From IMG/VR virus record IMGVR_UViG_3300045988_049479, positions 117,652-181,651 of that record: a stretch of 64,000 bases of DNA; one strand, 5' to 3'. The DNA comes from a virus. A program made the position numbers and the translations under genes. The notes under the pieces are model-generated. The model made no database searches. It saw only the letters and a program-made list of their open reading frames with translations, and was not told the origin of the DNA. Positions 11,840-21,957 of this stretch are shown here, one piece after another (the first letter of the stretch is position 1; every line of letters begins with the position of its first letter).

Positions 11840-14200
11840 TCAAGCCCACCTACGTATTCCATTTTGTACAAGTCTCTCATATAACCTAGGATCACTTGTT
11901 TCAATTCTGTATGGGTCATCGTATTCATTTTTTTGTATGTTAGTTTCAAAAGTCTTAGAAGTTGGTATAACCCCAAATCTTTTGATTCCTCTCTCGTCGT
12001 AATAATAACCATAATCTTGGAATTGTTCAACTTCTTTTTCAACAAGCACTGGCTATCTTCCTGACAATTCCTAGTCTGCCAATTCTGTCATTCCCACAGC
12101 TGCTACAATATCGAATTTACCTTTATTCTCATCATTATATCCAGTAAATTGGTCTAACATTTCTTCAAACCATATAGTATGACAGAAATCCTCAATAAAG
12201 GCTGCTGTCAAATCAGTATGTTGTTCTATAATAGTTTTGGTAGCGGGTGTTCCGTACTATTTAGTAGTTCCATTCTTGACGTCTGTTAGAGTAGCTCTAG
12301 GTCTTTTCATAAAGTAGTTTAAACAACCCTTTTCTCTAGCCCAGGTAATCATACCTACACGGGTAGCTTCTATGTTTATTCTACAATTATAGTATCTAGC
12401 TAAACACATAGCTATTTTATAGGCTTCTCTAATGTCATTAGGTCTGTCTTTATACATAGCAACATACTACGGTTCGTTTAGACCAAATGCTCTTCTTTTT
12501 ATAGTTATACAGAAATCAGAAGGATCTCTTGTTTCTTTTGAAGTTTGACTAGCTCCTATATCAATACCGTCTATTCCTGCAACATATAAATCATGCATTT
12601 CTTTGTACGCTGGAGATTCAAATTCTTCTCCCCTTTCCTCGGCTTCCTATCTAAGTTTATCCATCTACTCTTTATACAAATCAGACCATACAGGATGTTC
12701 AAGTATTTTTACTTTTCCGTTAATATTAGGAATCCATTTAAAACCATCTATATTATCCTAGGTGTGTTTATTATTTTTATAGAAATAGTCTATGTATCCA
12801 GATTCTGGTCTTGGTCCTATTTTCTTAAGTCTTATATTAGCTAACTGGTCCGCAATAAGAATCTTGTTGAACTTGTTAACACCTTCAAGATTAAATGCTT
12901 CTTCTGCATTCCAACATCGTTCAGCACACTTCTTTAGATAGTCATCTGGAACTGCTAATAAATTGTCGCGCTCTTCCTATAGATACTTCTTATATTCTAC
13001 TGTATTACATACACCTCTATGGTCCATGTATTCTGAATTTAGAGACTAGACAAAATATGGAATGAAGAACCCACTTTCAATAGTAGTCCCATCCTGGGTA
13101 TAATTATGTCTAAATGGAAGAACTTTGTAAGCTTTTGGATTATAATATATCTTCTTAAGACCTGCTAATGGAGCGCCCATATCACCACCAGTACCTCCAA
13201 ATAACATTGTTCCACGAGGTTTACCTTGAACTTCACAAAGCTCTTGTCCCTACACTACAGCAGTATCTAGTCCAGGCCAAGATCCTGCTTCATCATATAT
13301 TAATAAGTCAACACGGTCTCCACGAATATTAGATGCCTTAGCTCCGTTTATTCCAACTACTTCCGATTTAAATCCAACATCCTCAAACTGTCCGTTTACC
13401 TTAATCTGTTTACCGGACTTCTTTCTTAAGTCTTGGTCAATCAAACGTAGTTTGAAGAATCCTCCTCCTGTACAAGTATTCAAGAATGTTAAAGCATTAT
13501 CAAACTTACTAAAAGTACCTTTAAGGAAGGTATCATTAAAACAGGTAATCATTACTCTGCTTCTTCTGATTACTGAATACATTCTTGCAGATAAGGATGC
13601 ATTTATTTCAGAGAATCCAATAGAACGAGCTTTCATAAGAGCTGCGTGTTTATGCAGAACTCTAGCCATCTATAGATAATGAAAGAACATATAATGAGAT
13701 GCGAAAAATATAGGAAAGTCACTACTTGTTCCTTCTCCAGATGCCTTGTTATCATCAATAATAGGAAGCTAGTAGAAGTTTAGGAAGAAATAGTTATCTC
13801 CAGTAATTGTATAACCATTAACAGTCATTCCATATTTACATCTTCTATACTATTCCTTCCAAAACTCATTATATCTCTTACTATCTTTTAGATATGGACA
13901 ATACTTTCCAGTTTTTCTATATACTTCTCTGGTCTCAGTAAACCAATCTGGGTCGAAATCAAGACCATGTGTTTCATCTATTGGTCTATATCCAGTTATT
14001 TCATAAGATAAAGTAGGGTCAAATACCTCTATCTTATCTCCTCTTTTTACATCCCAATAATCAGCATTTTTGCCTCTTTCCTCTCTTATCTTCTATACTA
14101 GTTCTCTAGCTTCTTTGGCATCCTCTTTTTGTTCTTTCTCTCTTACCTAATCTACTATATTCTAGATTTCTTCAGGTAATATTTTTTTCTTTCTAGGCAT
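11840..14200 (-). CDS. terL: Terminase large subunit-like protein, amber-recoded (about 16 in-frame TAG)
   Basis: Tracker ORFs 13250..13669, 12257..12457 and 11840..12049 are all in the same frame (start mod 3 = 1). I checked 12050-13250 triplet by triplet and found only TAG, no TAA or TGA. An ATG at 14198-14200 begins MPRKKK... A Walker-B-like VDLLIYDEAGSWPG and a C-terminal nuclease-like segment are present. The gene ends on TGA at 11840. Confidence 0.5.
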
Positions 14201-15582
14201 AATTAAAAGTCTCCTGGGTCAAAGCCGTCTGTAGCTCCACCTCTTACAGTAGATTGTTCTGTAAGCTCTTTCTTAACCTGCTCTTCTAGTGTTACTAATT
14301 CTTCATGAACTTTATGAAGAGTAGCCATTTCTTTCATTACCTTTTCAGCTTGAAAGACGGGTTTGCCATTATTATCACGTTCATTTAAATCTACTATAGT
14401 ATCAAAATAATCAATAAACTAGTCAGCTGCTCTTTTAGCTGCTTCTAGAAGTTTTATTGATTTGTTAGAATCCTACAATGCTCGGTATTTTCTACAGGCT
14501 TCCCTGAATAACGGGTCATTAAATTCGGATTCAGATAGTCCAGAGTCACTAATAGCTTCATCATGTCTTTCATGTTCTGAATATTGGCTATAGGGACTCT
14601 TCCAATCAATAGCTAGATAAATGTAAGATAATTCTCTAGTTACTCGTTCCTTGTCAACAGATTTATCTCTCTGTATCAAAGCCTTAAACTCTTTAACTAG
14701 AAGAAGCTCTGGTTCATTTATTTCTAACTATTTAGTTAAAGTGTTATAATTAAATACATTCATACTCATCAATCATTAACATTAACATCTTTAATCTTTT
14801 TATTTCATTTTAGAACCGCATTTACTTACTTTCATTTTAGAACCACAAGCATCTTTCTTAGCATACTTTGTTCTATCTGGAACCCATTTTCCATTTTTAA
14901 AGTTTCCCTTGTGTCCTCTATTTGCCATGACCTCCTAGTCATTATATTTATTAATAGATACAGAATCTCTGGATGCTTCATCCTTTGCAGATTTCATATC
15001 CTTTTTATACTAAGCTCTTCCAGCCTTGAACTTGTCAACTTCATTAGCTTTCTTAGTAACCTTAGTTCCTTTCTATGCTTTTTGGCAAGCTTTGCAGATT
15101 CTTCCTCCCTGTTTAAAATAAACAAGTTCCTCTCCTTCTGGGCATACTCCTTTTAATTTTTTATAGTATTCTAGTTTAGCTCCAAGTCTAGCCATAACTC
15201 CGCCTTGCATCTTCTACATAAATTCTTGATACTTGGCTTTGATTCCATCTTCTCCAAGCTACTCAGCGTAAGCCTATAAATCTTGCTCTGATTGTAGTTG
15301 TATCCCTTGTGCTTGGGCATCTTGTATCAAGTATGCCATGAATGCTTTCTGTAATTCTTCCTAATTAGCCATTACTCTTCTACTTTAATTAAATCCTTTG
15401 TATTAAATACTGCTTCCTGCATTAATCCAGAATCAGTAAACCATCTACATCTTAGTCCTCGTAATCCTTGGTTATCTTTAAATAAAGCTGCTTCTCTTCT
15501 TAGAACAAGCATAACTGGAGAGTGCATTACTTTACACTACCGTAAAGTAACACAATCCCCAGGCTTAAAATAAACTTTTTCA

Positions 15583-16185
15583 TCAATTGTTTCCATGCTT
15601 CAATTCGTCTCTTCTTTCAGTTAGTTTCTCATTAACTACAGCCATGATTCTATTCTCATTAACTACTACAAATCCTAGTTTATAGAATGGAACCATACAT
15701 TCACTAGCTATTGTATAAAATACAATATCTCCAGGCTTCAAGAACTCACACTTATGTCCTACTTCTATCACAGTTCCTACCTTAATAAATTGTTGCTCTT
15801 CTTCAATTTCTCCAGTCTCATTAGATTTATAAGTAGGAGTAAATCCACCTAAATCAGTAATAAGACCGCTTTTAGTAGTTTTTATTTTTTGGAATGGGTT
15901 TTGTTCAAAGGGTTTAATTAATGCATACCCATACATCGGCATAATTTCAACTCCATTCATATCGTTAGATAATGATTTAGCGTAATCCTCTAGTGCCTGA
16001 TTATGTTTAGAGAATTTATCTTCTAACTCATCTACTGCGGTATTAAACTTCTCTTGTTTTTCTCTTAATAATGTTTGGTCTGCAGCCTCTCCATTTAAAA
16101 TAAAATGTTCTCCCGTACCTTCCATTCCAGTTAATGATAGTGCTAGTTTTTCGTTACTGTTTAATTCTGTTCTTAAAGTTTCCAT
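15583..16185 (-). CDS. Protein with C-terminal GroES/cpn10-like domain (standard code, no TAG)
   Basis: Tracker ORF of 200 aa. The C-terminal half reads ...ALIKPFE...KTTKSGLI...VGTVIEVG...KPGDIVFY...AVV, which resembles the cpn10 fold pattern. Confidence 0.4.
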   Translation of the reverse strand: METLRTELNSNEKLALSLTGMEGTGEHFILNGEAADQTLLREKQEKFNTAVDELEDKFSKHNQALEDYAKSLSNDMNGVEIMPMYGYALIKPFEQNPFQKIKTTKSGLITDLGGFTPTYKSNETGEIEEEQQFIKVGTVIEVGHKCEFLKPGDIVFYTIASECMVPFYKLGFVVVNENRIMAVVNEKLTERRDELKHGNN

Positions 16186-16193
16186 AATTCATT

Positions 16194-16577
16194 TTACCAT
16201 TTACATAAATCACAATGTTCATCTTCAATTCTTGTTTTATTCTCTAATATACAACCACATTCATCGCACACTTCCCCAACAGATGTTTGTAATTTATGGG
16301 AACAAGCGTCACAAATTTTTAATCTTTTGGTTGTCAAATCTTGATTTATTCCGAATATATTGAAATATATACTTTTCAATATTGTTAAAGGTTTAATAAA
16401 TATTGCTTTAATCCATTTCCATATCATATCTTCTTCCTCCTTCTCGTTTATATTTTGGACAGTAAGTATATAATGCTTATCTGGTTTATATAATATAGGA
16501 GTTCCATAGATTACCATTTCCCTGCTGGGCAATGTTTCTTTTCGTTTGGAATCTTCTTCTCTAGTAAACATCCACAT
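16194..16577 (-). CDS. Cys-rich zinc-ribbon protein (paralog A)
   Basis: Tracker ORF. C-terminus reads ICDACSHKLQTSVGEVCDECGCILENKTRIEDEHCDLCKW. Confidence 0.4.
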   Translation of the reverse strand: MWMFTREEDSKRKETLPSREMVIYGTPILYKPDKHYILTVQNINEKEEEDMIWKWIKAIFIKPLTILKSIYFNIFGINQDLTTKRLKICDACSHKLQTSVGEVCDECGCILENKTRIEDEHCDLCKW

Positions 16578-16726
16578 CCCTTTATATACCCTTCTTTAGG
16601 GCTTATACTTATATCATTATTCTTTGGATTTAGATACAAATGCCCATTACATAATCCATTATCTTGGTCACATATTGGACAGCGTCTACATATCTCAAAT
16701 CTTTCTTCTATTTCCTCTAGTGTCAT
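16511..16726 (-). CDS. Cys-rich zinc-ribbon protein (paralog B); overlaps paralog A by 67 nt in another frame
   Basis: Tracker ORF. C-terminus ICRRCPICDQDNGLCNGH...GCGCLLEKKIPNEKKHCPAGKW is homologous to the paralog A C-terminus. Confidence 0.4.
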   Translation of the reverse strand: MTLEEIEERFEICRRCPICDQDNGLCNGHLYLNPKNNDISISPKEGYIKGCGCLLEKKIPNEKKHCPAGKW

Positions 16727-16728
16727 AA

Positions 16729-17643
16729 TTAATATTCAATACGTTGACGTTTTCTTTTATTTTCTGCCAATATAGATTCCTTCTTATAGAAGGCTAGCAT
16801 TTTTATAACCTCATCTTTTAGATATGGCAAATGATATACTGTCATATTGTCATTATGGTCGAAATGTACCAAAACCAAATCCTCTATTTCAAACTCTGGA
16901 TTTTTCTTTTGAATCATCCAAGCATAAGTACTTAATTGTAAAGTATAGTGCCAGTAATTAACATCATCTAAATTATTTAGAGGATATTTCATCTTAACAG
17001 AAGTTTTGGTTTTAGAATTGAAGAAACTCTTAGTTTCTATTTTCTTATTGGTCTTCCAGTCTCCTATAATTATCTTATTTCCTCTTTTAACTAATAAGTC
17101 AATCTGTCCTGCTATTCTTAGCTTTCCATCATCCGATACTCTAGATATTAAATACTCAGGATATACACCATTCTCTAAGTCTAATTCATTGTGGTCTTTT
17201 ATACACTCGAACTTGCCACCTATTTGATATTTACTAAGGTCTATGTTCTGTTTCTTTTTATAGAAAGAGTTTTCCAAATCTGCATGGATTTTAGTTCCCC
17301 TCTCGCATGAGTTTCTATTCTCTAAATCCCAAGCATCTAAGATAGCTTGTTGCTCTTTATTAAACTCGTCTTCTGTAATGTTATGAAGTTCAAGTAGAAC
17401 TTTATCAAATTTCTTAGTGTTCAACAAAGACTTTTTTTCTATAGCCCAATCTTCTTTAGGTAAGAGTTTCTCTAGTGCTTTATATGCTGACCAGAACTCC
17501 TTATCAAATGGTTGGGTGAAAGAATGAATTAAAGTCGTTACAGATATAAACTTCTGTTCTGGCTTTGTAACATCATAATAAATATGAGCTTCTTCCTCAA
17601 AAGCTATGTTCCCATTTTGTTTTGTAATTTTACTTTTGTCCAT
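16729..17643 (-). CDS. PD-(D/E)XK family nuclease-like protein (standard code)
   Basis: Tracker ORF of 304 aa. The stretch GQIDLLVKRGNKIIIGDWKT fits a D...(D/E)xK nuclease core. Confidence 0.45.
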   Translation of the reverse strand: MDKSKITKQNGNIAFEEEAHIYYDVTKPEQKFISVTTLIHSFTQPFDKEFWSAYKALEKLLPKEDWAIEKKSLLNTKKFDKVLLELHNITEDEFNKEQQAILDAWDLENRNSCERGTKIHADLENSFYKKKQNIDLSKYQIGGKFECIKDHNELDLENGVYPEYLISRVSDDGKLRIAGQIDLLVKRGNKIIIGDWKTNKKIETKSFFNSKTKTSVKMKYPLNNLDDVNYWHYTLQLSTYAWMIQKKNPEFEIEDLVLVHFDHNDNMTVYHLPYLKDEVIKMLAFYKKESILAENKRKRQRIEY

Positions 17644-17757
17644 TAGTCATAATTCATTTAATCATTTATCACATTTATCTATATTTATTTGATACTTTTC
17701 AAGTATATTAATATTCTTTGTAAGATACAAATCAATAAATAATACATTATATTAAAA

Positions 17758-18099
17758 ATGTCTAACAGTAAGAAAATTACAACATTTGGGTGTCCAATTT
17801 TCAAAAATGGGTCGGGCATTCACATTAAAGAGAAGAACAGAGGCAAATTTACAGCATCTGCCAAGGCAGCAGGAGAATCTGTACAAGAACACGCTAAGCA
17901 TGTACTAAACAATCCTAACGCTACCCCTCTTTAGAAGAAGCGAGCTAATTTTGCTAGAAATGCTTCTAAATGGAAACACGAAGATGGGGCTAAGATACAT
18001 AAACCGAGTGGACATAGGTCTATTCTAGATAATGGATGGATTCCTACTACTAGATTAAAGAAGGGAACTTATGGATTTATTAAAACTAAGAAACGATGA
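17758..18099 (+). CDS. Small very basic protein (113 codons) with one in-frame TAG (17932-17934); plus-strand gene embedded in the leftward module
   Basis: Codon-by-codon manual translation from ATG 17758 to TGA 18097-18099. The tracker missed it because the TAG splits it into fragments under 60 aa. Confidence 0.45.
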
Positions 18100-18173
18100 A
18101 AAACATTATTAAGTGCATTAAAGAGATTGTATTAAGAATATATCTATATTTACTATTTATATTTAAAAAGTAA

Positions 18174-18308
18174 CATGGACTATAACAAAGCAACTTTACA
18201 CGCGGCAACAGGTCGTACTCTCTTACTTCCTGGATGGAGAGGATATTTTTATTGGGATTATTCTAAAAAGGAATTGAATTTCAGAAACGGAGATTATCAT
18301 TTAGATAA
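18174..18308 (+). CDS. Tiny ORF (44 aa) ending TAA TAA
   Basis: Manual translation; no other support. Confidence 0.2.
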
Positions 18309-18605
18309 TAAATAGCTTAGAGAAAAGGGAGTCATGGAGAGAACTGATTGGTACTATATTATATAACAAAATAGGCGAGCCTAGAGATTAGGTTCGCCTA
18401 TTTTTATTTAACATTATACTTTGTATCATAAGTACAAGTGATTCTATTTATACCATCCTCCCACCAAGGTTTATCTGATGGCTATCTAATACCACTTGGG
18501 ATGGTTATTGTAGGAGTAGAAGTTTCTACTATAGCATCTACTATTTTAAATAATGTATCCAAGTCAAATTCTGGAAATTCATTATGTAAGTTTGTCAATG
18601 TCTTT

Positions 18606-18842
18606 TTAAAGTCTATCATATCCCTCAAATGTATTATCAATTATTGCTTTTTCTAGTGTAGTGTCTTTATATAGTCCATTTTTAATTAGATTTCTAACTG
18701 AATTGTCAACTACATTCCATATATCAATCAGTAATGATTTATTCTCCGGAACACTTCTAAGTGTACTTTCTAAATATCCGGCTTTTATCATATTTATTAG
18801 TTGACCGTTAATAAAGACTTCAAATTTAAATTCTTTATCCAT
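18606..18842 (-). CDS. Hypothetical protein
   Basis: Tracker ORF of 78 aa. Confidence 0.35.
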   Translation of the reverse strand: MDKEFKFEVFINGQLINMIKAGYLESTLRSVPENKSLLIDIWNVVDNSVRNLIKNGLYKDTTLEKAIIDNTFEGYDRL

Positions 18843-19010
18843 ATATTTTAGTATATTACACTTAGTCTATTTAATTCATCTAGGTAATCTAGAAACCATT
18901 GTTCATTTTGTTTTCCTTCTTCTGCAACAATCTCAATTAAAGATTCTGCTGCTAGGAGTATAGTTTCAGATAACTCTTTTAAATTTGGCTTAGTTAGTTC
19001 ATTGTATTTA

Positions 19011-19325
19011 TCAGTCAAGTTTAACATAATCCATCCAGTCTTTTATATATGATTTACATTCCTCTAAATCTGGATAGATACTTGCTATAGTGCAACCTGT
19101 TTTTGGATTCCTAAAATGATGGAGTTTTGCTTCCTCATTTTTCTCCTCTTCTATATTTCTATTTAATGTTCTATTCCAGTAGTTGTATTTCTCATCTAGC
19201 ATTTCCTTATCACACTCCTCCAATATTTTCATATTGGGATTACTCATTATTTTGTCATACTTTCTTTTTAAATTAGAAACTTTGACAACATCATTACCAT
19301 TCAATACGACTGCACACTGTTTCAT
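19011..19325 (-). CDS. Hypothetical protein
   Basis: Tracker ORF of 104 aa. Confidence 0.4.
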   Translation of the reverse strand: MKQCAVVLNGNDVVKVSNLKRKYDKIMSNPNMKILEECDKEMLDEKYNYWNRTLNRNIEEEKNEEAKLHHFRNPKTGCTIASIYPDLEECKSYIKDWMDYVKLD

Positions 19326-19549
19326 TTCACTACTTTATAAGTACATATCTTACCTATCTGCTTTCCTTGAATACTTATTTGTGGAAGAAAGTAGCAGGCT
19401 TGATTCTCAAATTCTTGAGGTACAAATATGTAATCAAATCTACATCCAACTACCTTATCGCAAACTTTATTCCAATCATCTCCCTCTTCAATAATAAGGG
19501 TCTTAGCTCCTGTTGGAGTTACAGCATAATTCTCATTTAAATTTATCAT
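19322..19549 (-). CDS. Hypothetical small protein (start trimmed to the MINLNENY... methionine)
   Basis: The N-terminal 25 residues of tracker ORF 19322..19624 are a read-through of the tRNA gene. The first internal Met is taken as the start. Confidence 0.35.
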   Translation of the reverse strand: MINLNENYAVTPTGAKTLIIEEGDDWNKVCDKVVGCRFDYIFVPQEFENQACYFLPQISIQGKQIGKICTYKVVK

Positions 19550-19566
19550 AACTATTAATTTTGGCG

Positions 19567-19638
19567 TTGCCCTACTAGGATTCGAACCCAGACTAAATGA
19601 TTTAGAGTCATCTGTGCTGACCATTACACCATAGGGCA
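19567..19638 (-). tRNA. Amber suppressor tRNA-Gln(CUA)
   Basis: Minus-strand sequence tgcccta-tg-gtgtaatggtcagcac-a-gatga-CTCTAAA-tcatt-tagt-ctgggttcgaatcctag-tagggca-a. The 7 bp acceptor is perfect, the D and T arms are canonical, and the anticodon stem carries one G.U pair. Loop CTCTAAA gives anticodon CTA. The D-arm, variable loop and T-arm nearly match tRNA-Gln(TTG) at 34204-34275. Confidence 0.85.
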
Positions 19639-19775
19639 GTATTTATTTCTCTTTTAGAGATTTATTCTCCGCTGCCAATTTCTCTAGTTCTTTCCTTAGC
19701 TGTTCGTTTTCGTGAAATAAAGCCTACATGGTTGCATTTACATTAGCAAGGAGTATTCTTATTTGAGCTATTTGT

Positions 19776-20177
19776 TCATACATATGCTTTCAGTTGTTCT
19801 ATTTTCATAGTTACCACATTAGATAATGCCATTCTGAATTTAGTAATTCCAGCTCTTACTGATTCCAATTTTCCACTTTCCAAACATTCTTGAATTTTAT
19901 TCAGTTCGGATTCCCCTAGATATTCGCAGACATCTATAAATAAATCATCATCTAAAGATTCTAAGTATTTCTGGAATTTGCCTACTTCTTCATTAGCTAG
20001 ACAGCTTTCCTCTTTCTATCTCTCATAAGATATTAATAAGAATAAAGAATCATCTGTAGATTCCGCTTTAATGGTTAGACCATTACTTGATAGATAATAC
20101 TCCTAGTTCTTATTAATTGCATCAACGAGATTCTTAAACTCGTCCTAATTTAGTAATGTTTCTAAGTCTGTAATCAT
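19776..20177 (-). CDS. First gene of the leftward unit, small protein (133 codons) with 3 in-frame TAG
   Basis: Manual translation from ATG 20175-20177 to TGA 19776-19778. TAGs fall at 20145, 20103 and about 20010. Confidence 0.4.
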
Positions 20178-20279
20178 AATTGTTTCTTTTTTAGTTATAT
20201 ACAACAATACCTTCTGAAAAGTTAAATACAAAGTTAAAAAATTCTAATTCTAATATTATACATATTTCATTTAGTTATC

Positions 20280-20420
20280 CGCAAATGGGTACAGGTACTT
20301 TATATAAATAGCCCCCTGGGGGTTTAATAAATTCGGAATTTATATACAGGTGAAAATTACCTAGATTCCGAAAATTATATGAGAGACTGTTATGGCGGTC
20401 CACAACCCCTTTAGTCCCCC
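20280..20420. promoter_or_regulatory. Divergent intergenic control region between the leftward and rightward modules
   Basis: No ORFs. Contains the palindrome ccccctggggg and the 8-bp inverted repeat ttcggaat...attccgaa with a 25 nt spacer, plus runs of cccccc. It lies between the minus-strand start at 20177 and the plus-strand start at 20495. Confidence 0.4.
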
Positions 20421-20494
20421 CCTGTATATTGATATAAAACTAAAACAAAAACAAAAATCAATTTCCAGTATTAACATTTTAAAATTTTAAGATT

Positions 20495-20941
20495 ATGACA
20501 CTCGAAGAATTGAAAGACCAGAACGTAAGCGCAGTAGAAAGAGCTAAGGCAGTAGTATCAGCATTGGGACTGAAAGGTGACGAACGCTCAGTTGTTGTCG
20601 GCTTGTCAAAGGGCGATAAGTTTAAGTTGGTAGCAATGAACAAGGTAGATTTACCTGCAAATGCCAACCAACCAAACCAAAGCAACTTTACACCGATTAC
20701 ATTTAGCACTGACACAGGTGCAATCATTGGTGCAAAACACTTTGCGGGCGTAGAAATCGACGACGATGCTCCGGCAATCGGTTCAACTCCGTTGGAAAAT
20801 GCCGCTTTCCTTGTTTATTGCATTGACCACAATGTAACATTTAAGGTAGACAAAAAGGTAACGGAAGACATCGAAGCTACCACCGGCCGCCAAGCCTACA
20901 AGAAAAATACTTACAAGCTGGTAGTGGAAGACTATGATTAA
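20495..20941 (+). CDS. Hypothetical protein, first rightward gene; locally GC-richer
   Basis: Tracker ORF of 148 aa with an ATG start. Confidence 0.5.
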   Translation: MTLEELKDQNVSAVERAKAVVSALGLKGDERSVVVGLSKGDKFKLVAMNKVDLPANANQPNQSNFTPITFSTDTGAIIGAKHFAGVEIDDDAPAIGSTPLENAAFLVYCIDHNVTFKVDKKVTEDIEATTGRQAYKKNTYKLVVEDYD

Positions 20942-21957
20942 AAGATTGGGGAGAAATCCCCTTTCTTTTACATACAAATAATCTTTGTAGAAATGGACAT
21001 AAGAAAAAAGTTTAAGACTATAAAGTGTTTGTATAATTGGGGCATAATCTATGACCCAAAGACTAATGAAAAGTTAAATTTCAAATCCAAACGTGTTTAT
21101 TGCGTAACTTCTTGGGCTTGGATTATGACCTATCAAAAGTCAGAAGAAGATATTCCTGAGATAATTAGGATAGTCTTTGTAGATTAACTCTAAGGTACTA
21201 TGAGTTTTAAATAAAGTGCCCACATGAACCCCATCATCGGAACGTTGGTTAACGGGGAAAACAACATCACAACAAATCAAATCAAAGTTTTTGTTTAGTT
21301 TTAGGATTGTATCTGGCAGCTTGGAAAGACAAGCAAAATCTTTATACCTATCTGCTAATAGGTTTAGTGTTCAACGCGAAAATTCGGTAAAGGAAGGAGA
21401 GAAATTGTCCACTAAAAAGACCCTCAATTTCCGGACTTTTTCCGATTTTCAAAAAATCCGCCAGAGTAGGAGTTATATAGCTCACACTCTCTATGGACAT
21501 TATTTAGTATTTAGCCTATAAAAAGGCAACAAAAAGCGAGGCTACGCAGAAGAGCCTAACACCAAAAATAACTGCTACAAATTCTATGTGCATATTCGCA
21601 AACTTGAGCACTATAGGATTTAGGTTGAGCTGTAAGGATTGGTCACTTATAGCAATATTATGAGTACTGCTGATATGTCAGTGACCGTACATATCACATA
21701 TAAAATATGTTATACAATTATGTTAGAAGTTGCCAGGTCTAAGAAGCCTGATTAAAATCTCTAGATAGTAAGAGAGAACCTCATAAGGGTTCATTTTCCA
21801 TCTCGAACCTATTCGCAAGTTTATAGACTAGCTATCTATAAATTTAGTGATGGAATACCAACGAAGTTGGTGTTCCCGCTTTGCGAACGTTGATAACGTC
21901 CTCAGCATGGAAAACTGAGAAATAATCTCCTATCTTATTCTAGATATAGATAGGATT

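Noticed and set aside
11584-12045. Minus-strand ORF 11584..12045 (153 aa)
   Set aside because: About 200 nt of it overlaps the TerL-like frame in a different phase. Only the part downstream of the TerL TGA (11840) could be real, and I could not support it.
12593-15156. Plus-strand tracker ORFs 12593..12844, 13452..13679, 14911..15156, 17006..17227, 19183..19494 and 3175..3411
   Set aside because: They are antisense to minus-strand genes that I traced (TerL-like, nuclease, target gene) and have hydrophobic or low-complexity translations typical of alternate-frame artefacts.
18174-18363. Initially read as a second TAG-containing plus-strand gene (MDYNK...)
   Set aside because: Re-indexing showed I had dropped a T. 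The frame ends at a TAA TAA doublet at 18303-18308 after 44 codons with no TAG, so it is only a tiny unsupported ORF.
21760-21800. gaacc-tcataag-ggttc hairpin next to a ggttcgaga motif that looks anticodon-arm and T-loop like
   Set aside because: The elements are in the wrong order for a tRNA on either strand and no acceptor pairing exists.
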